Made by a program: the position numbers and the translations under genes | Source of the DNA: an uncultured delta proteobacterium | Lineage (GTDB): Bacteria > Myxococcota > Kuafuiibacteriia > Kuafuiibacteriales > Kuafuiibacteriaceae | Direction of reading: 5' to 3' | Assembly: GCA_963803435.1 (NCBI GenBank) | Contig: CAWDML010000001.1 | Coordinates: 1,760,001-1,824,000, forward strand | Length of the DNA stretch: 64,000 nucleotides | The notes under the pieces: generated by a model | Databases searched by the model: none | The model's input: the letters and a program-made list of their open reading frames with translations, nothing else | Told to the model about the DNA's origin: nothing | Shown here: piece after piece, positions 34,095-43,871 of the stretch | Numbering within the stretch: position 1 is the stretch's first letter | Layout: every line of letters begins with the position of its first letter

Positions 34095-34974
34095 AGACGA
34101 CCCCCACCTCGGCGGTCGGATGCTCCTCTTGCACGCCATTGAGAGCGCGGAGCACCGGCACGCCCACGGACGCGTGCACCACCAGATCCTCGAGCGGGCT
34201 GAGGACCAACGCGGGCGCGAGGAACGCGATGAAGCCGCCCGAGTCGGGATCGAGGCGGCCGCCGTCCTCGCTCCGGGCCGCCCATCGGCCGTCCACGCCG
34301 AGCCTCAGTGCGAGCCACGACCACGGCTGCAGCTGCGCGAAGGCGCTGGCGAGGACGGTGGTGCCAACGCGCGCGTCGAAGCGTCCCCGGATGGGAAGGA
34401 CCACCGTCGTGCTCGCATAGAGCGAGACGGGATCGTCGAAGTACGCGTAGGAGAGCCCGGCGAGCGGCTGGACGCTCCCGGTGCCGGCCTGCGCCTCCAG
34501 CGGAAGCCGCTCGCCCGTCGGTCGCTCGGCCGCCGGAGCGCTGGGGAGGACGGCGCCGCCGTGGACCGCCAGCAGGTGGCGCGGGTTGAAGGTGCGATCC
34601 TCGAACAGAAAGGCGCGGGCGCGCAGCTCCGCGTCGCCGAGCGTCATCACCTCGCTCCGGGCGAGGTTGACGAGCGTGGCGCGGCGCAGGACCAGCGGGA
34701 TCGAGGCCTCGATCACCAGGTCGTCGAGGACGCTGAGCGAGACCCCGAGATCTGCGCGATCCTCGTCGGCGCGAACCGCGTCGACGCCGGTCGTGCCGGA
34801 GACGCTCGAGCGGTGACGGTAGAGCATCGAGGCGCGCAAGCGCCCAGCGAAGGGCTTCCCGGCACCGATGGTGGTGATGGTCGGATCGCCGCACGCGCAG
34901 GAGGCGCAGGCGGAGACCGGGCGGGGCGCAGCGAGCCCGATCGCGATCGACACTGCCGGCAGCACTCCGCGCAC
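34084..34974 (-). CDS. Putative outer-membrane beta-barrel transporter with N-terminal CxxCxC motif
   Basis: Signal peptide then ACASCACGDP; LGDAEL; QAGTGS; C-terminal YDF. Confidence 0.7.
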   Translation of the reverse strand: MRGVLPAVSIAIGLAAPRPVSACASCACGDPTITTIGAGKPFAGRLRASMLYRHRSSVSGTTGVDAVRADEDRADLGVSLSVLDDLVIEASIPLVLRRATLVNLARSEVMTLGDAELRARAFLFEDRTFNPRHLLAVHGGAVLPSAPAAERPTGERLPLEAQAGTGSVQPLAGLSYAYFDDPVSLYASTTVVLPIRGRFDARVGTTVLASAFAQLQPWSWLALRLGVDGRWAARSEDGGRLDPDSGGFIAFLAPALVLSPLEDLVVHASVGVPVLRALNGVQEEHPTAEVGVVYDF

Positions 34975-35099
34975 GTTCGAGATGTCTCTCGATCGCCGGC
35001 CAAAGAAAACCGAGCAATTCGCCGCGCGTCGATTCGTCGCAGCGTACGGGCAGGTTGGGGGTGCGACAAATGAGCGCACCCCACCCGCGACGACGGTGC

Positions 35100-35678
35100 T
35101 CAGCGGGCCGACAAGAAATGCAGGCTCTGATCGAAGGGGCTGTAATAGGAGTCCCGCGCGCGCAGGTACGGGTAGGCATAGTCGGGCCCGTCGTACTCGT
35201 CGAACCGCGTGCGCTCGGCGTAGACCTGCCCCTCCCCCTCGACGCTCCAGCCGATGACGAACGTGTCGAGCTGTTTCGGAGACACGCCGGGCGGCATGAA
35301 CGCGCGCAGCGCCAGCACTCCCGTGCCCCCGGGCGGGACCGTCGTCGAGCCGTAGATGATCGCGAAAGCGTGCGTCCGAATGCGCCGGTTTCGCGCGCGA
35401 ACCTCGAGGGCGCCCGGGACGATCTCGAGGGCGTGATCGGTCGCGTTGTCCAGCTGGAAGGCCCAGTAGAGCGCGGTCCGCGGGCGGCCCTGGTCGACGA
35501 TCCGGGTGCCGTTGCTCCACAGGGCCATCTCCCCCAGGCGCCGTCCCTCCACGACGACCTGGTACCCCGCCACCAGGTACCCGTCCGGCGACCAACCGCT
35601 CACGCGTTCGGCCGGAACGAAGCTCTTCGGGAGCGCACAACCCAGGAGACCGAGGAGCCAGAGTCGAGAGCTCTTCAT
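35100..35678 (-). CDS. Hypothetical lipoprotein
   Basis: MKSSRLWLLGLLGC lipobox. Confidence 0.7.
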   Translation of the reverse strand: MKSSRLWLLGLLGCALPKSFVPAERVSGWSPDGYLVAGYQVVVEGRRLGEMALWSNGTRIVDQGRPRTALYWAFQLDNATDHALEIVPGALEVRARNRRIRTHAFAIIYGSTTVPPGGTGVLALRAFMPPGVSPKQLDTFVIGWSVEGEGQVYAERTRFDEYDGPDYAYPYLRARDSYYSPFDQSLHFLSAR

Positions 35679-35778
35679 CCGTGAGATCGGGTGCAATACG
35701 AGTGCCGCGATCGCCGGCGCACGTCCGGCGCGATCATCCTGCCGCGAGGAGCGGCCGCTGATTCGCCAGCGAAGAACG

Positions 35779-37068
35779 TTATCGGGAGGCCACAGTCTCG
35801 GTTGCCCGAAACGCCCTCCGCCAGCCGGGGACCGCCTTGCCGAACAGGTGCGGGACGAGATCCTTCTGGACCCAGCGCCGATCGCCCGGGTCGAGCGTGA
35901 AGCTGCGCTTCTCGACCCAGCTGCACAGCGCCTCGCCCGTGATTGGCCCGCCGCTCTCCGACAGCCGGCGCACCGCCCGAAACAGCGCGGCGCGCCGCGC
36001 GACCGAACCGAGCAGCCGGCGCTGCAGCGGGTCGTGCCACATCGCTTCGGGGTGCCACTGCACCGTGAACGCCTTCCAGCTCTCGGTCGCCTCGATCAGG
36101 CGGCAACCCGTCTCCGGATCCTCCGAGTATCCGACCACGTCGAAGTCGTTACCTGCCTTCGCGACCCCCTGATGGCGGAACGCGTTCGTGAGGAAGTCGG
36201 TCTGTCGCGTGACGTCGGCCATCCGGCTCCGCGGGTCGAGATGGACGCGGTTCTCGAAGATGATCCTTCCGCTCGGATCCCGGATCACCAGCGGTTGATC
36301 GCGCGGGATGCCGAGCTCCTTCTGTCTGCGCGTCATCCGGGTGAGCTTCGCCGCCTGGAGGTCCTGGACCAACTCACCATCGTCGGCGGCGTTCCAGAGC
36401 TGATGCGATCGGCAAATGCCGAACATGAAGAGGTCCTCGCTCTTGGCGAGCAGCGTCAGGTCGGCCTCGAACCGATCGCGACGCAGATTCGGAGAGCGCG
36501 AGTGCGTGTTGGGCTGGTGATAGATCGCGGGGTCGATGTCCTCGCCACCCGGGCCGATCAGGCCGTCGAGCGAGCTCAGCAGGGCGCGCATCCCGCGGAC
36601 CCGGCCGGCCGGATCCTCGGGCATCAACAGATCCGCGCAGGGCGGGATCAACACGACGCGACAGCCGAGCTCACGCATCTCGGCGCAGAGCTGGTCGACG
36701 CCGTCCTCTCCGTGGAAGACCGGCGGGCCGCTGAGGACGATTCCGACCACCGGCTGATCCGGATCGGGCTCGGGGCTCTTCTCCAGCGCGATCCCGCGCA
36801 GCCCCTCGATCGCCTCCGCGGGGAAGATGCCGCTGGCCTCCAGGCGCTCGAGGTACGCTTCGAACGAACCGTGGAGCAGGAGGTCGGCGCCCAGGCCCGC
36901 GATCCGGACCGACTGCACCGGGGGATCGGACGGCCGGGTCGCTGGGGCGATCCTGCGAACGTGCCGGCTCTCGGCGGCGCGTTTGCCGAGCGCGCCGCGA
37001 AGCGCGGGCAGCGCAGGCAGCGGGAGGGGAACGCCGCCGAGCAGCGCCTTCGAGCAGCGGCGGAGCAT
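35779..37068 (-). CDS. Peptidase C26 / gamma-glutamyl hydrolase (PuuD-like) with N-terminal extension
   Basis: PGGEDIDP, RDRFE, GICRSHQ, HQGV and VQWHPE motifs. Confidence 0.85.
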   Translation of the reverse strand: MLRRCSKALLGGVPLPLPALPALRGALGKRAAESRHVRRIAPATRPSDPPVQSVRIAGLGADLLLHGSFEAYLERLEASGIFPAEAIEGLRGIALEKSPEPDPDQPVVGIVLSGPPVFHGEDGVDQLCAEMRELGCRVVLIPPCADLLMPEDPAGRVRGMRALLSSLDGLIGPGGEDIDPAIYHQPNTHSRSPNLRRDRFEADLTLLAKSEDLFMFGICRSHQLWNAADDGELVQDLQAAKLTRMTRRQKELGIPRDQPLVIRDPSGRIIFENRVHLDPRSRMADVTRQTDFLTNAFRHQGVAKAGNDFDVVGYSEDPETGCRLIEATESWKAFTVQWHPEAMWHDPLQRRLLGSVARRAALFRAVRRLSESGGPITGEALCSWVEKRSFTLDPGDRRWVQKDLVPHLFGKAVPGWRRAFRATETVASR

Positions 37069-37082
37069 CGCGTGCGCCCCGC

Positions 37083-38021
37083 TTATCGGTCTGGATGTGA
37101 CGTTTGTTTCTCCGTCGATCGACGGACCTCGGCGTCGAAGCAGAAGTGATTGACGCCGGCGTCGGGCGTCGAGACCGCGAACGTGACCGTGGCGGTTCCA
37201 GTCGTCGCGGTTTGCACCATGAAAGGACGAAACGTGTCCTCGAGCTCGAAGGTGAAACGCTGCGGTGGGCCGTCGCCGATCGAAACGTCGAGGTGCACCG
37301 GCGCGCGCGCGTTGAGGCTCGAATTCTGGGTGTGGCCGGCACGACCATAGATCACGCCGCCGAGCGGGACGTTCGGATACGCGATCACGAGTCGGCCCTG
37401 CGGCGGCGGATGTGCCCAAAGACAGTGGCGGAGCTGATCACCCATGCGGTGCCACTCGGGCGCCACGTAGAACCACTCGCGATCGTAGGGGCACGCCCAG
37501 CGCCCTTCGTCGCCGCCCTGGCCGTTCTGCTTCGTCCACTCGGCGCATGCCGTGTTGCCGTCCGGCTTCTCGTGGTGGACCCGACCCGACGCCAGGTGAT
37601 CCCGAAACGAGTAGACGGTCAGGGCGTCCGCCCAGGTCCGGTACAGATCGATGGTGATCCCCGGCGCCGGCGACATCGTCTTCTCCAGGGCGTTTCCGGC
37701 CGCCTCCATCCGGGGGCGCAGCGACTCGGCTGCCCCAAACATGCCGAAGACCCACGCGCGGGGATGGACGGCGAAGTCCTCGAGCAGCGGATCCTCGACG
37801 GTCAGAGGCTCCAGATCGCCGAGCCACTGCCGCGGGCGGGTCGCGTACCTGGGAAGGATGAAGATCAGATCGCCGGGCCGCGCCTCGGCGCGCAGCTGGA
37901 GCGCAGCCGTCTCGATCGCCTCCGGCGGCGGGCCCCGATCGTCGAGCAGCCAGAAGCCGATCCCGTAGAGCCCGGTCGCCAGCAGCACGACCAGCGACAG
38001 CGCGGCGCCCACTCTGCCCAC
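37083..38021 (-). CDS. Hypothetical membrane-anchored protein
   Basis: N-terminal TM helix; CLWAHP motif. Confidence 0.7.
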   Translation of the reverse strand: MGRVGAALSLVVLLATGLYGIGFWLLDDRGPPPEAIETAALQLRAEARPGDLIFILPRYATRPRQWLGDLEPLTVEDPLLEDFAVHPRAWVFGMFGAAESLRPRMEAAGNALEKTMSPAPGITIDLYRTWADALTVYSFRDHLASGRVHHEKPDGNTACAEWTKQNGQGGDEGRWACPYDREWFYVAPEWHRMGDQLRHCLWAHPPPQGRLVIAYPNVPLGGVIYGRAGHTQNSSLNARAPVHLDVSIGDGPPQRFTFELEDTFRPFMVQTATTGTATVTFAVSTPDAGVNHFCFDAEVRRSTEKQTSHPDR

Positions 38022-38204
38022 GGCGCGCCGACCGTACTACGGCGCCGCCTCCAGGACGACGCTTCTGTTTGCGCGCGCATCAACGAGGAGGAGCTCCGCC
38101 GGCACGACCACTTCCCGATCCTCCTGCTGCGCCGAAATGGAGGCTCGGCAAGGTGTCCCGCCTGGGAGGAACGGAGCCCTCCCTCGTTCATGCGCGCGCC
38201 GGGC

Positions 38205-38831
38205 TCACTGCTGCTCGATGCTGGCGGCCCCGGAGAGGTCGGTCTTCACCTCGCTCGGATTGCCCCAGTACTTCAGCTCGCCCGCGCCCGAGAGGTCCGC
38301 GATGAGCGTGTGCTCGGCGTGGACCGAGAAGTCGGAGGCCCCGCTCCCATCGACCTCCACCCGGCCGGCAATCAGCTTCTGTGCGTCCACCGTGGACGCG
38401 CCCGAGGCGTCGATGACGAAGACGTCGACCTCGCCGGCGAGCACGACCTCGGCGGCGCCGGAGAGATCGAGCGCGAAGCGGGAGCCCGTCAGGCCGGAGA
38501 TCCGGGCCTTGGTCGCGCCGCTCGAGTCGAGGCTGGTCAGGCTCGGGGTGGTGATGCGGACCTGTAGCTTGGTGGGATCGATGTCCTCGGTCTGGCGGAT
38601 GACCAGCTTCTTCCCGCGCACGTCGGTGGCAACGTACTTCTGGAGGTTGTCGTCCGTCTCCACCACGACGGTGGGCTCGTCGGCGATCTCCACCACCACC
38701 TGGATCGCCCCGCTGACGTCAATCTGATCGAAGGTCTCGACCTTCCGATGCTCCGCCACGACCTTGCCGGAGCCATCGTGGCTGAAGCAGGCGAAGCCGA
38801 CGGGGAGGAGGAGGAGGGGCAGGAGCTTCAT
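38205..38831 (-). CDS. DUF2807 (GIN-domain) lipoprotein
   Basis: GSGKV, ETDDNL, repeated SGA units and YWGNP. Confidence 0.85.
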   Translation of the reverse strand: MKLLPLLLLPVGFACFSHDGSGKVVAEHRKVETFDQIDVSGAIQVVVEIADEPTVVVETDDNLQKYVATDVRGKKLVIRQTEDIDPTKLQVRITTPSLTSLDSSGATKARISGLTGSRFALDLSGAAEVVLAGEVDVFVIDASGASTVDAQKLIAGRVEVDGSGASDFSVHAEHTLIADLSGAGELKYWGNPSEVKTDLSGAASIEQQ

Positions 38832-40380
38832 GGGGAGCGACCTCAGCAATCGCCGTACCAGCCCCGTGACCACACCCGGAGCCGGTCGACCGCAAGCGCG
38901 CTCCTGCACGTCCGCAGGCGGCACGCTGCGCCCGTCGAATCTCGAGCGAGAATCCGAGCGAGGCATCCCAGTCGTCGACCGTGTCGAAGCCGCCCTCCCC
39001 GTTGGCCTGCCAGACGCGGAAGTAGCGGAGGTTGAGCGAGAACGCCCAGTAGATGGGGATGGTCGCCTGCGCGACGATGGCGGACTTGTCGTCGAGCTTG
39101 AAGAGGTCGCCCGGACCATCCACGTTCACGCGGTAGTAGAAGGCGGCCAGCTTGAGGAACGAGAGGGCGGGGACCTCGAGCGAGAGGCGCAGGGAGCCGT
39201 CCGGCTGGCCGCCGTCGTAGTCGATGTACTCGCCGCCGATCAGGAAGAACTGCGGCAGGCCCGCCACCAGATCGAAGAAGAAGCCGTTCTTGCCGGGCGG
39301 CGCCTGCGGGTTGCAGACGTTCGCGTCGAGCGAGTTGCACTCGAGCGAGTAGAACTTCGGGGGGGGATTGCGGCCGAACGTCAGGCGCTGGTAGCGCTCG
39401 ATCTCGTAGACGGTGTTGAAGTACGGGCCGAGATAGTCGCCCGAGACCCGGCGGTACTCGGTCCGGAGATCGAACGTGAGCGTGTCGATGCCGAGCGGGA
39501 AGTGCAGGCCCCAGAGCACGCCGGCGTGGAAGCCCCAGCCGTTGTCCACGCGGCTGATCTTGTTGAGATCGATGTACGGCGTGATCGACAGGTACTCGTT
39601 CGCCAGCAGATCGATGCCGATGTCGGTCCCGTACACGAACAGCGGGCGCGCGGCCGCCACCACCGGCACGTCGTCCTCGTCGGCCTGAGGGACGCCTTCG
39701 GAATCCGTCGCGATCTGAAACGGCGCCTTGTAGTCGGTGAAGAAGGAGACGCCGACGTGCAGCTTGTCCCAGAAGCCGTCGCCCAGGATCATCTGCAGCG
39801 GCCGCACGTACACGCGGCTCCCGATCACCCAGGGGTCCGTGACGTCGTTGATGACGACCTCGGCGCCCACCGCCCAGACGTTGAGCGCCGCGTTCACGCC
39901 CAGGTGCCAGCGGTTGAGGTCGAGCGTGTTGTAGTAGCGGTGCATGATCGTCCCGTGGCCGACCGTGGTGCTGGCGAGCTCACCGAGACGCACGTAGTAC
40001 GGGCCCTTCTTGTCCCACTGGCCCACGTAGACGTAGCGGATGATGCGGAAGTAGTCGGAGACCTGATCCCAGTCCTCGTGGCGGATGAAGCCCAGGTAGT
40101 CGTCGTTCTTCGGGTTGCGATCGATGATGCGCATCCGCACGGGCGTCTGGATGCCGAAGCCGAACTGCTCCCAGTCCATGTCCAGGCGCAGGTTCAGGTT
40201 GAGGAAGAAGTCCTCCTTGATCTGTCCGAACCCGAGCTCACCACCGAAGGTGCTGGGCGGCAGCTGCGACTTCTCCGAGGAGGCCAGCGTCTTCGCCTGA
40301 TCCGTGGTGAGCTGACCGAACGCCGGTCCGGCGGACGACAAGAGCGCGACACCGCCGACCAGGATCCCCAACCGACGCAT
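38719..40380 (-). CDS. Hypothetical outer-membrane beta-barrel protein; true stop probably near 38935
   Basis: Signal peptide; aromatic amphipathic strands; LGFSLEI looks terminal, and the tail beyond it overlaps the next gene. Confidence 0.75.
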   Translation of the reverse strand: MRRLGILVGGVALLSSAGPAFGQLTTDQAKTLASSEKSQLPPSTFGGELGFGQIKEDFFLNLNLRLDMDWEQFGFGIQTPVRMRIIDRNPKNDDYLGFIRHEDWDQVSDYFRIIRYVYVGQWDKKGPYYVRLGELASTTVGHGTIMHRYYNTLDLNRWHLGVNAALNVWAVGAEVVINDVTDPWVIGSRVYVRPLQMILGDGFWDKLHVGVSFFTDYKAPFQIATDSEGVPQADEDDVPVVAAARPLFVYGTDIGIDLLANEYLSITPYIDLNKISRVDNGWGFHAGVLWGLHFPLGIDTLTFDLRTEYRRVSGDYLGPYFNTVYEIERYQRLTFGRNPPPKFYSLECNSLDANVCNPQAPPGKNGFFFDLVAGLPQFFLIGGEYIDYDGGQPDGSLRLSLEVPALSFLKLAAFYYRVNVDGPGDLFKLDDKSAIVAQATIPIYWAFSLNLRYFRVWQANGEGGFDTVDDWDASLGFSLEIRRAQRAACGRAGARLRSTGSGCGHGAGTAIAEVAPHEAPAPPPPPRRLRLLQPRWLRQGRGGASEGRDLRSD

Positions 40381-40578
40381 GGGGTTGAGCCTCAGGAACT
40401 TCGGAGATCGGGTCAACTTTTGCATCGGGGGCCCATCCTAGACGGAGGATCACGGCCTTTTGTCCCGTCGTGACCGCGCTCATGGGCGCGCGTGGGGACA
40501 AGGTCACGCCGGGTGCGAGCGGTCATCCGTATGTGGAACTTTGCGGGCCCGGGCGCCCGCCCCTTATGCTCGGGGGTG

Positions 40579-41130
40579 ATGCTTCGACTCCTCCCCTCCC
40601 TCGTGTTGGTGGCGCTCCTGGCGGGTCCCGCACACGCGGAGGACAAGAAGGCCAGCGAGGACGCGTCGTTCGCCAAGCGCTTGGCGGCGCTCAAGCAGAA
40701 GCAAGCGCTCCTGATCGTCCAGATGAAGCCGACGGACGATCCCGCGAGGATCCCGGAGGCAGCCCAGAGCGGGATGACGCTGGTGGCCCATCAGCGGATG
40801 GGGATCTACACCCCGCCCCTCCTCGATCCGAGCGACATCATGGCGGTCGTGAACCAGCACATGGCCGACGTCCGTCGCTGCTACAAGAAACAGCTCGCGG
40901 ACGATCCCGAGTGGTCCGAGGAGCTGATCCTGGATCTCGCGGTGAAGAAGACGGGCCGCGTGGCCGAGGTCTCCATCTCTCCCAGCCGCGTCAAGCGCGA
41001 CGTCATCGGCCAGTGCTTGATGAGCTCGATCCCGAAGTGGAAGTTCCCGGAGTTCACGGGCGAGACGGACGACGGCGTGACCCAGGAGGTCGTGAACGCC
41101 AGCTTCCCCTTCAGCTTCTCGGTGAAGTAG
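40579..41130 (+). CDS. AgmX/PglI C-terminal (TonB-C-like) domain protein
   Basis: VRRCYKKQL, TGRV, CLMSSIPKWKFP and FPFSF motifs. Confidence 0.85.
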   Translation: MLRLLPSLVLVALLAGPAHAEDKKASEDASFAKRLAALKQKQALLIVQMKPTDDPARIPEAAQSGMTLVAHQRMGIYTPPLLDPSDIMAVVNQHMADVRRCYKKQLADDPEWSEELILDLAVKKTGRVAEVSISPSRVKRDVIGQCLMSSIPKWKFPEFTGETDDGVTQEVVNASFPFSFSVK

Positions 41131-41133
41131 CCG

Positions 41134-42207
41134 TCACCCGACGCGGATCGCCGAGGTCCGGCGATCGGCGCGCACGCCCTTCTGCTCGGACTTCGGCGCC
41201 TGGTCGTACGGCAGCATGATGTCGTTGTCGCTGGCCCGACCTTGGACGTAGGCGAGGAAGTCGCGGCTCGAGCCGAGCGTCGCATAGCGACGCGCCTTGC
41301 GACCGCTGAGCACGGCCTCGCGGCTCTCGTCGACCAGCCCGTCGATGCGCGGCGCCAGCGACGTCACGTGGATGCCCTCGCGGCCGAAGCGGAGCAGGCG
41401 CGCGCTGCAGGGGAACGCGACCGGCGAGGCGGTGAGGATATGATAGAACCCGCCGGTATGGCCGCGGGCCGCGATGCGCTGGATCCGCGAGGCGTGGTGA
41501 TGGCCGCACAGATAGGCCCGCACCTTCGGTGAGGCGGCGAGCAACGCGATGACGTCGTGGCGATTCGCGACCAGGTACTCGTCGTCCCACGATTGCAGGA
41601 AGTGCGGCTCCCAGGCGCGGTGAAGGAGATGATGCCCGAGGACGACGATGTGCTCCTCGGCGGCGCTGTACAGCTCGTCGGCGAGGAACTGCATCGTCTT
41701 GTCCGAGACATAGCCGCCGCCGGCGCCTTCGAGGGTGGTGTCGATGCCGATGACGCGGACGTTGCCGGCGCTCTGGGAGAAGTGGAAGCAGCCCGGACGA
41801 ATGCCGCGGCCGCCGAGACGCTCCGCGAACTCGTCCTTGGTGACGCGGCCGAAGCGCTTCGACTCGGCCTCGTGGTTCCCGACGATGCACACGAACCGAT
41901 CGAGCCGCTCCGCCAGCTGAGCGAAGGTTTCGAGGTCGCGCCGTCCTTCGACCTTGTTGTCGATGTTGTCGCCGCCGAAGAGCGCGAGGTCGACGTCGTG
42001 CGCGCGGATCTGCTCGACGAGATCCGACATGACTTCGACGCTGCGATGCTTGAGAGTCGCCGTTGGCCGTCCTCCCGGCGCAACGTGTGCATCGGTGATG
42101 TGCGCCAGGACAACGTCTCTGGCAGCAACGGCCCCCATCCTACGACTCCTTTTCAATCCCGGGGGTGCCGGGGGCAGATTCGCGTCACCGTAGCGGATCA
42201 CGGGCAT
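41134..42207 (-). CDS. Calcineurin-like metallophosphoesterase (CpdA/Icc-like); start uncertain
   Basis: TDAH, GGD, GNHE, HH and GHHH motifs. Confidence 0.88.
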   Translation of the reverse strand: MPVIRYGDANLPPAPPGLKRSRRMGAVAARDVVLAHITDAHVAPGGRPTATLKHRSVEVMSDLVEQIRAHDVDLALFGGDNIDNKVEGRRDLETFAQLAERLDRFVCIVGNHEAESKRFGRVTKDEFAERLGGRGIRPGCFHFSQSAGNVRVIGIDTTLEGAGGGYVSDKTMQFLADELYSAAEEHIVVLGHHLLHRAWEPHFLQSWDDEYLVANRHDVIALLAASPKVRAYLCGHHHASRIQRIAARGHTGGFYHILTASPVAFPCSARLLRFGREGIHVTSLAPRIDGLVDESREAVLSGRKARRYATLGSSRDFLAYVQGRASDNDIMLPYDQAPKSEQKGVRADRRTSAIRVG

Positions 42208-42554
42208 CGATGGGTAGCCCCTCTCGGTGAGAAAACAAACTTTTCGACCAACGATTTCCCGCCGACGACGCGCTTGACAGCGGGCGCTTGCGCCTCGGAT
42301 CTGGGGCGAAAGCGTGCGACCCATCGGACTGACAGCGCTTTTCATATTCGGCTGCCACATCAAGCTCGCCAAACGGGAGATGGCACTCTTGGTCGACTGG
42401 CGCGGTGATCCGGAGCCCGGCTACCACCAGACGCTCGAGCGGAGCCTGGCGCGCCGTCTGAAGTCTGCCTACCACACCGAGCCGCTGACCCGGCGGATCG
42501 AGGCGGGAGCCTGACGACGGACGGCGTGGTGTAGAAGTTCTTCGAGCTCGACCG

Positions 42555-43859
42555 ATGATCCAGATTCGCGATCCGATCCACGGGACGATCCATCTCTCGG
42601 AGCAGGAGCTGCTCCTGGTCGATCACCCGGCCTACCAACGGCTCCGGATGATCAAGCAGCTCGGGCTGGCCGACTTTGCGTTCCCCGGCGCGACGCACAC
42701 GCGCTACGCGCACGGGCTCGGCACGATGCACATCGGCTCGCGGATGTTCGAGTCGATCGCCCGGCACTTCGAGCTGGAGGCGCGCGAGCGGCGCCGGCTC
42801 CACCAGACGCTGCGGCTGGCCTCGCTGTTCCACGATCTCGGCCACGCGCCGCTCTCCCACACCACCGAGGGCTTCATGCCGACCGTCGCGGAGCTGAAGC
42901 TGGGCGAGTGGATGACCGGCGCTCCGGAGCGGCGGGCCAGCCACGAGGATTACACGCTCAAGCTGCTGACCGACTCCGACTTCACGCGCGTCTTCGAGCG
43001 CGCGTTCGCGGACGAAGGCGTGACGCCCCTGGACGTGACGCGGCTGATCGCCGGACGCCGTCCGCCCAGCCTGCCTGCGGATCGCTTCCTGGTGGACGGG
43101 CGCGATTGGTCGCCGCTCCTCGAGCAGTGCGTGAGCTCGGAGCTCGACGCAGACCGCATGGACTACCTCTTGCGGGACTCCTACTACGCCGGCGTCCCCT
43201 ACGGGCGCTACGATCACGAGTGGCTGCTGGAGAACCTGGTGCCCGTGGAGCGCGACGGTGCGCTCTATCTGGGCCTGGAGGCGCGCGCGTCCTTCGGCTT
43301 CGACGATTACCTCCTGTCCCGCTACCACATGTTCATGTCCGTGTACTTCCACCACGTACCGATCGGGTACGAAGCGATGCTGCGCCGCTTCTACGGCGAC
43401 GCCGCCGGCGAGCTGGTGGTGCCGGCGGACGCCGAGGCGTACCTGTCCTTCGACGACGTGCACCTCTTCACCGTGCTGCGCAGCTCGAAGAGCGAGTGGG
43501 CGCGCCGGATCGTGGAGCGGCGGGCGTACCGGATGCTGGTGGAGGTGAAGGAGACCGTCGACGACGCCCAGGTGAAGAAGCGCGAGTCCCCGGACCTGGA
43601 CGACATCGCGCGCCGGCTGGAGCACGCCGGCATCAAGGTGATCAGCCACAGCCTGCGCGGCGCCCTCTCCAAGTACAGCGCTCCCGAGCTGTTCATCGTC
43701 GAGGAGGGGCGCCCCTTCCCCATCCAGGAGTACACGCCGCTCTACCGGCGCTATGCCGGCGCCATCCACCTCAAGCGCATCTACGTCGACCCCGATCGCT
43801 TCGAGGAGGCCCGCCGGCTCGGCGGAATCTCCTTGGCATCTCCGGCGGATGTCGACTAA
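42555..43859 (+). CDS. HD-domain dNTP triphosphohydrolase (SAMHD1/YwfO-like)
   Basis: RDPIHG, QRLRMIKQLG, HTRYAHGLG, HDLGHAPLSH, DADRMDYLLRD and VYFH motifs. Confidence 0.92.
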   Translation: MIQIRDPIHGTIHLSEQELLLVDHPAYQRLRMIKQLGLADFAFPGATHTRYAHGLGTMHIGSRMFESIARHFELEARERRRLHQTLRLASLFHDLGHAPLSHTTEGFMPTVAELKLGEWMTGAPERRASHEDYTLKLLTDSDFTRVFERAFADEGVTPLDVTRLIAGRRPPSLPADRFLVDGRDWSPLLEQCVSSELDADRMDYLLRDSYYAGVPYGRYDHEWLLENLVPVERDGALYLGLEARASFGFDDYLLSRYHMFMSVYFHHVPIGYEAMLRRFYGDAAGELVVPADAEAYLSFDDVHLFTVLRSSKSEWARRIVERRAYRMLVEVKETVDDAQVKKRESPDLDDIARRLEHAGIKVISHSLRGALSKYSAPELFIVEEGRPFPIQEYTPLYRRYAGAIHLKRIYVDPDRFEEARRLGGISLASPADVD

Positions 43860-43871
43860 TCCGCACCGTCT

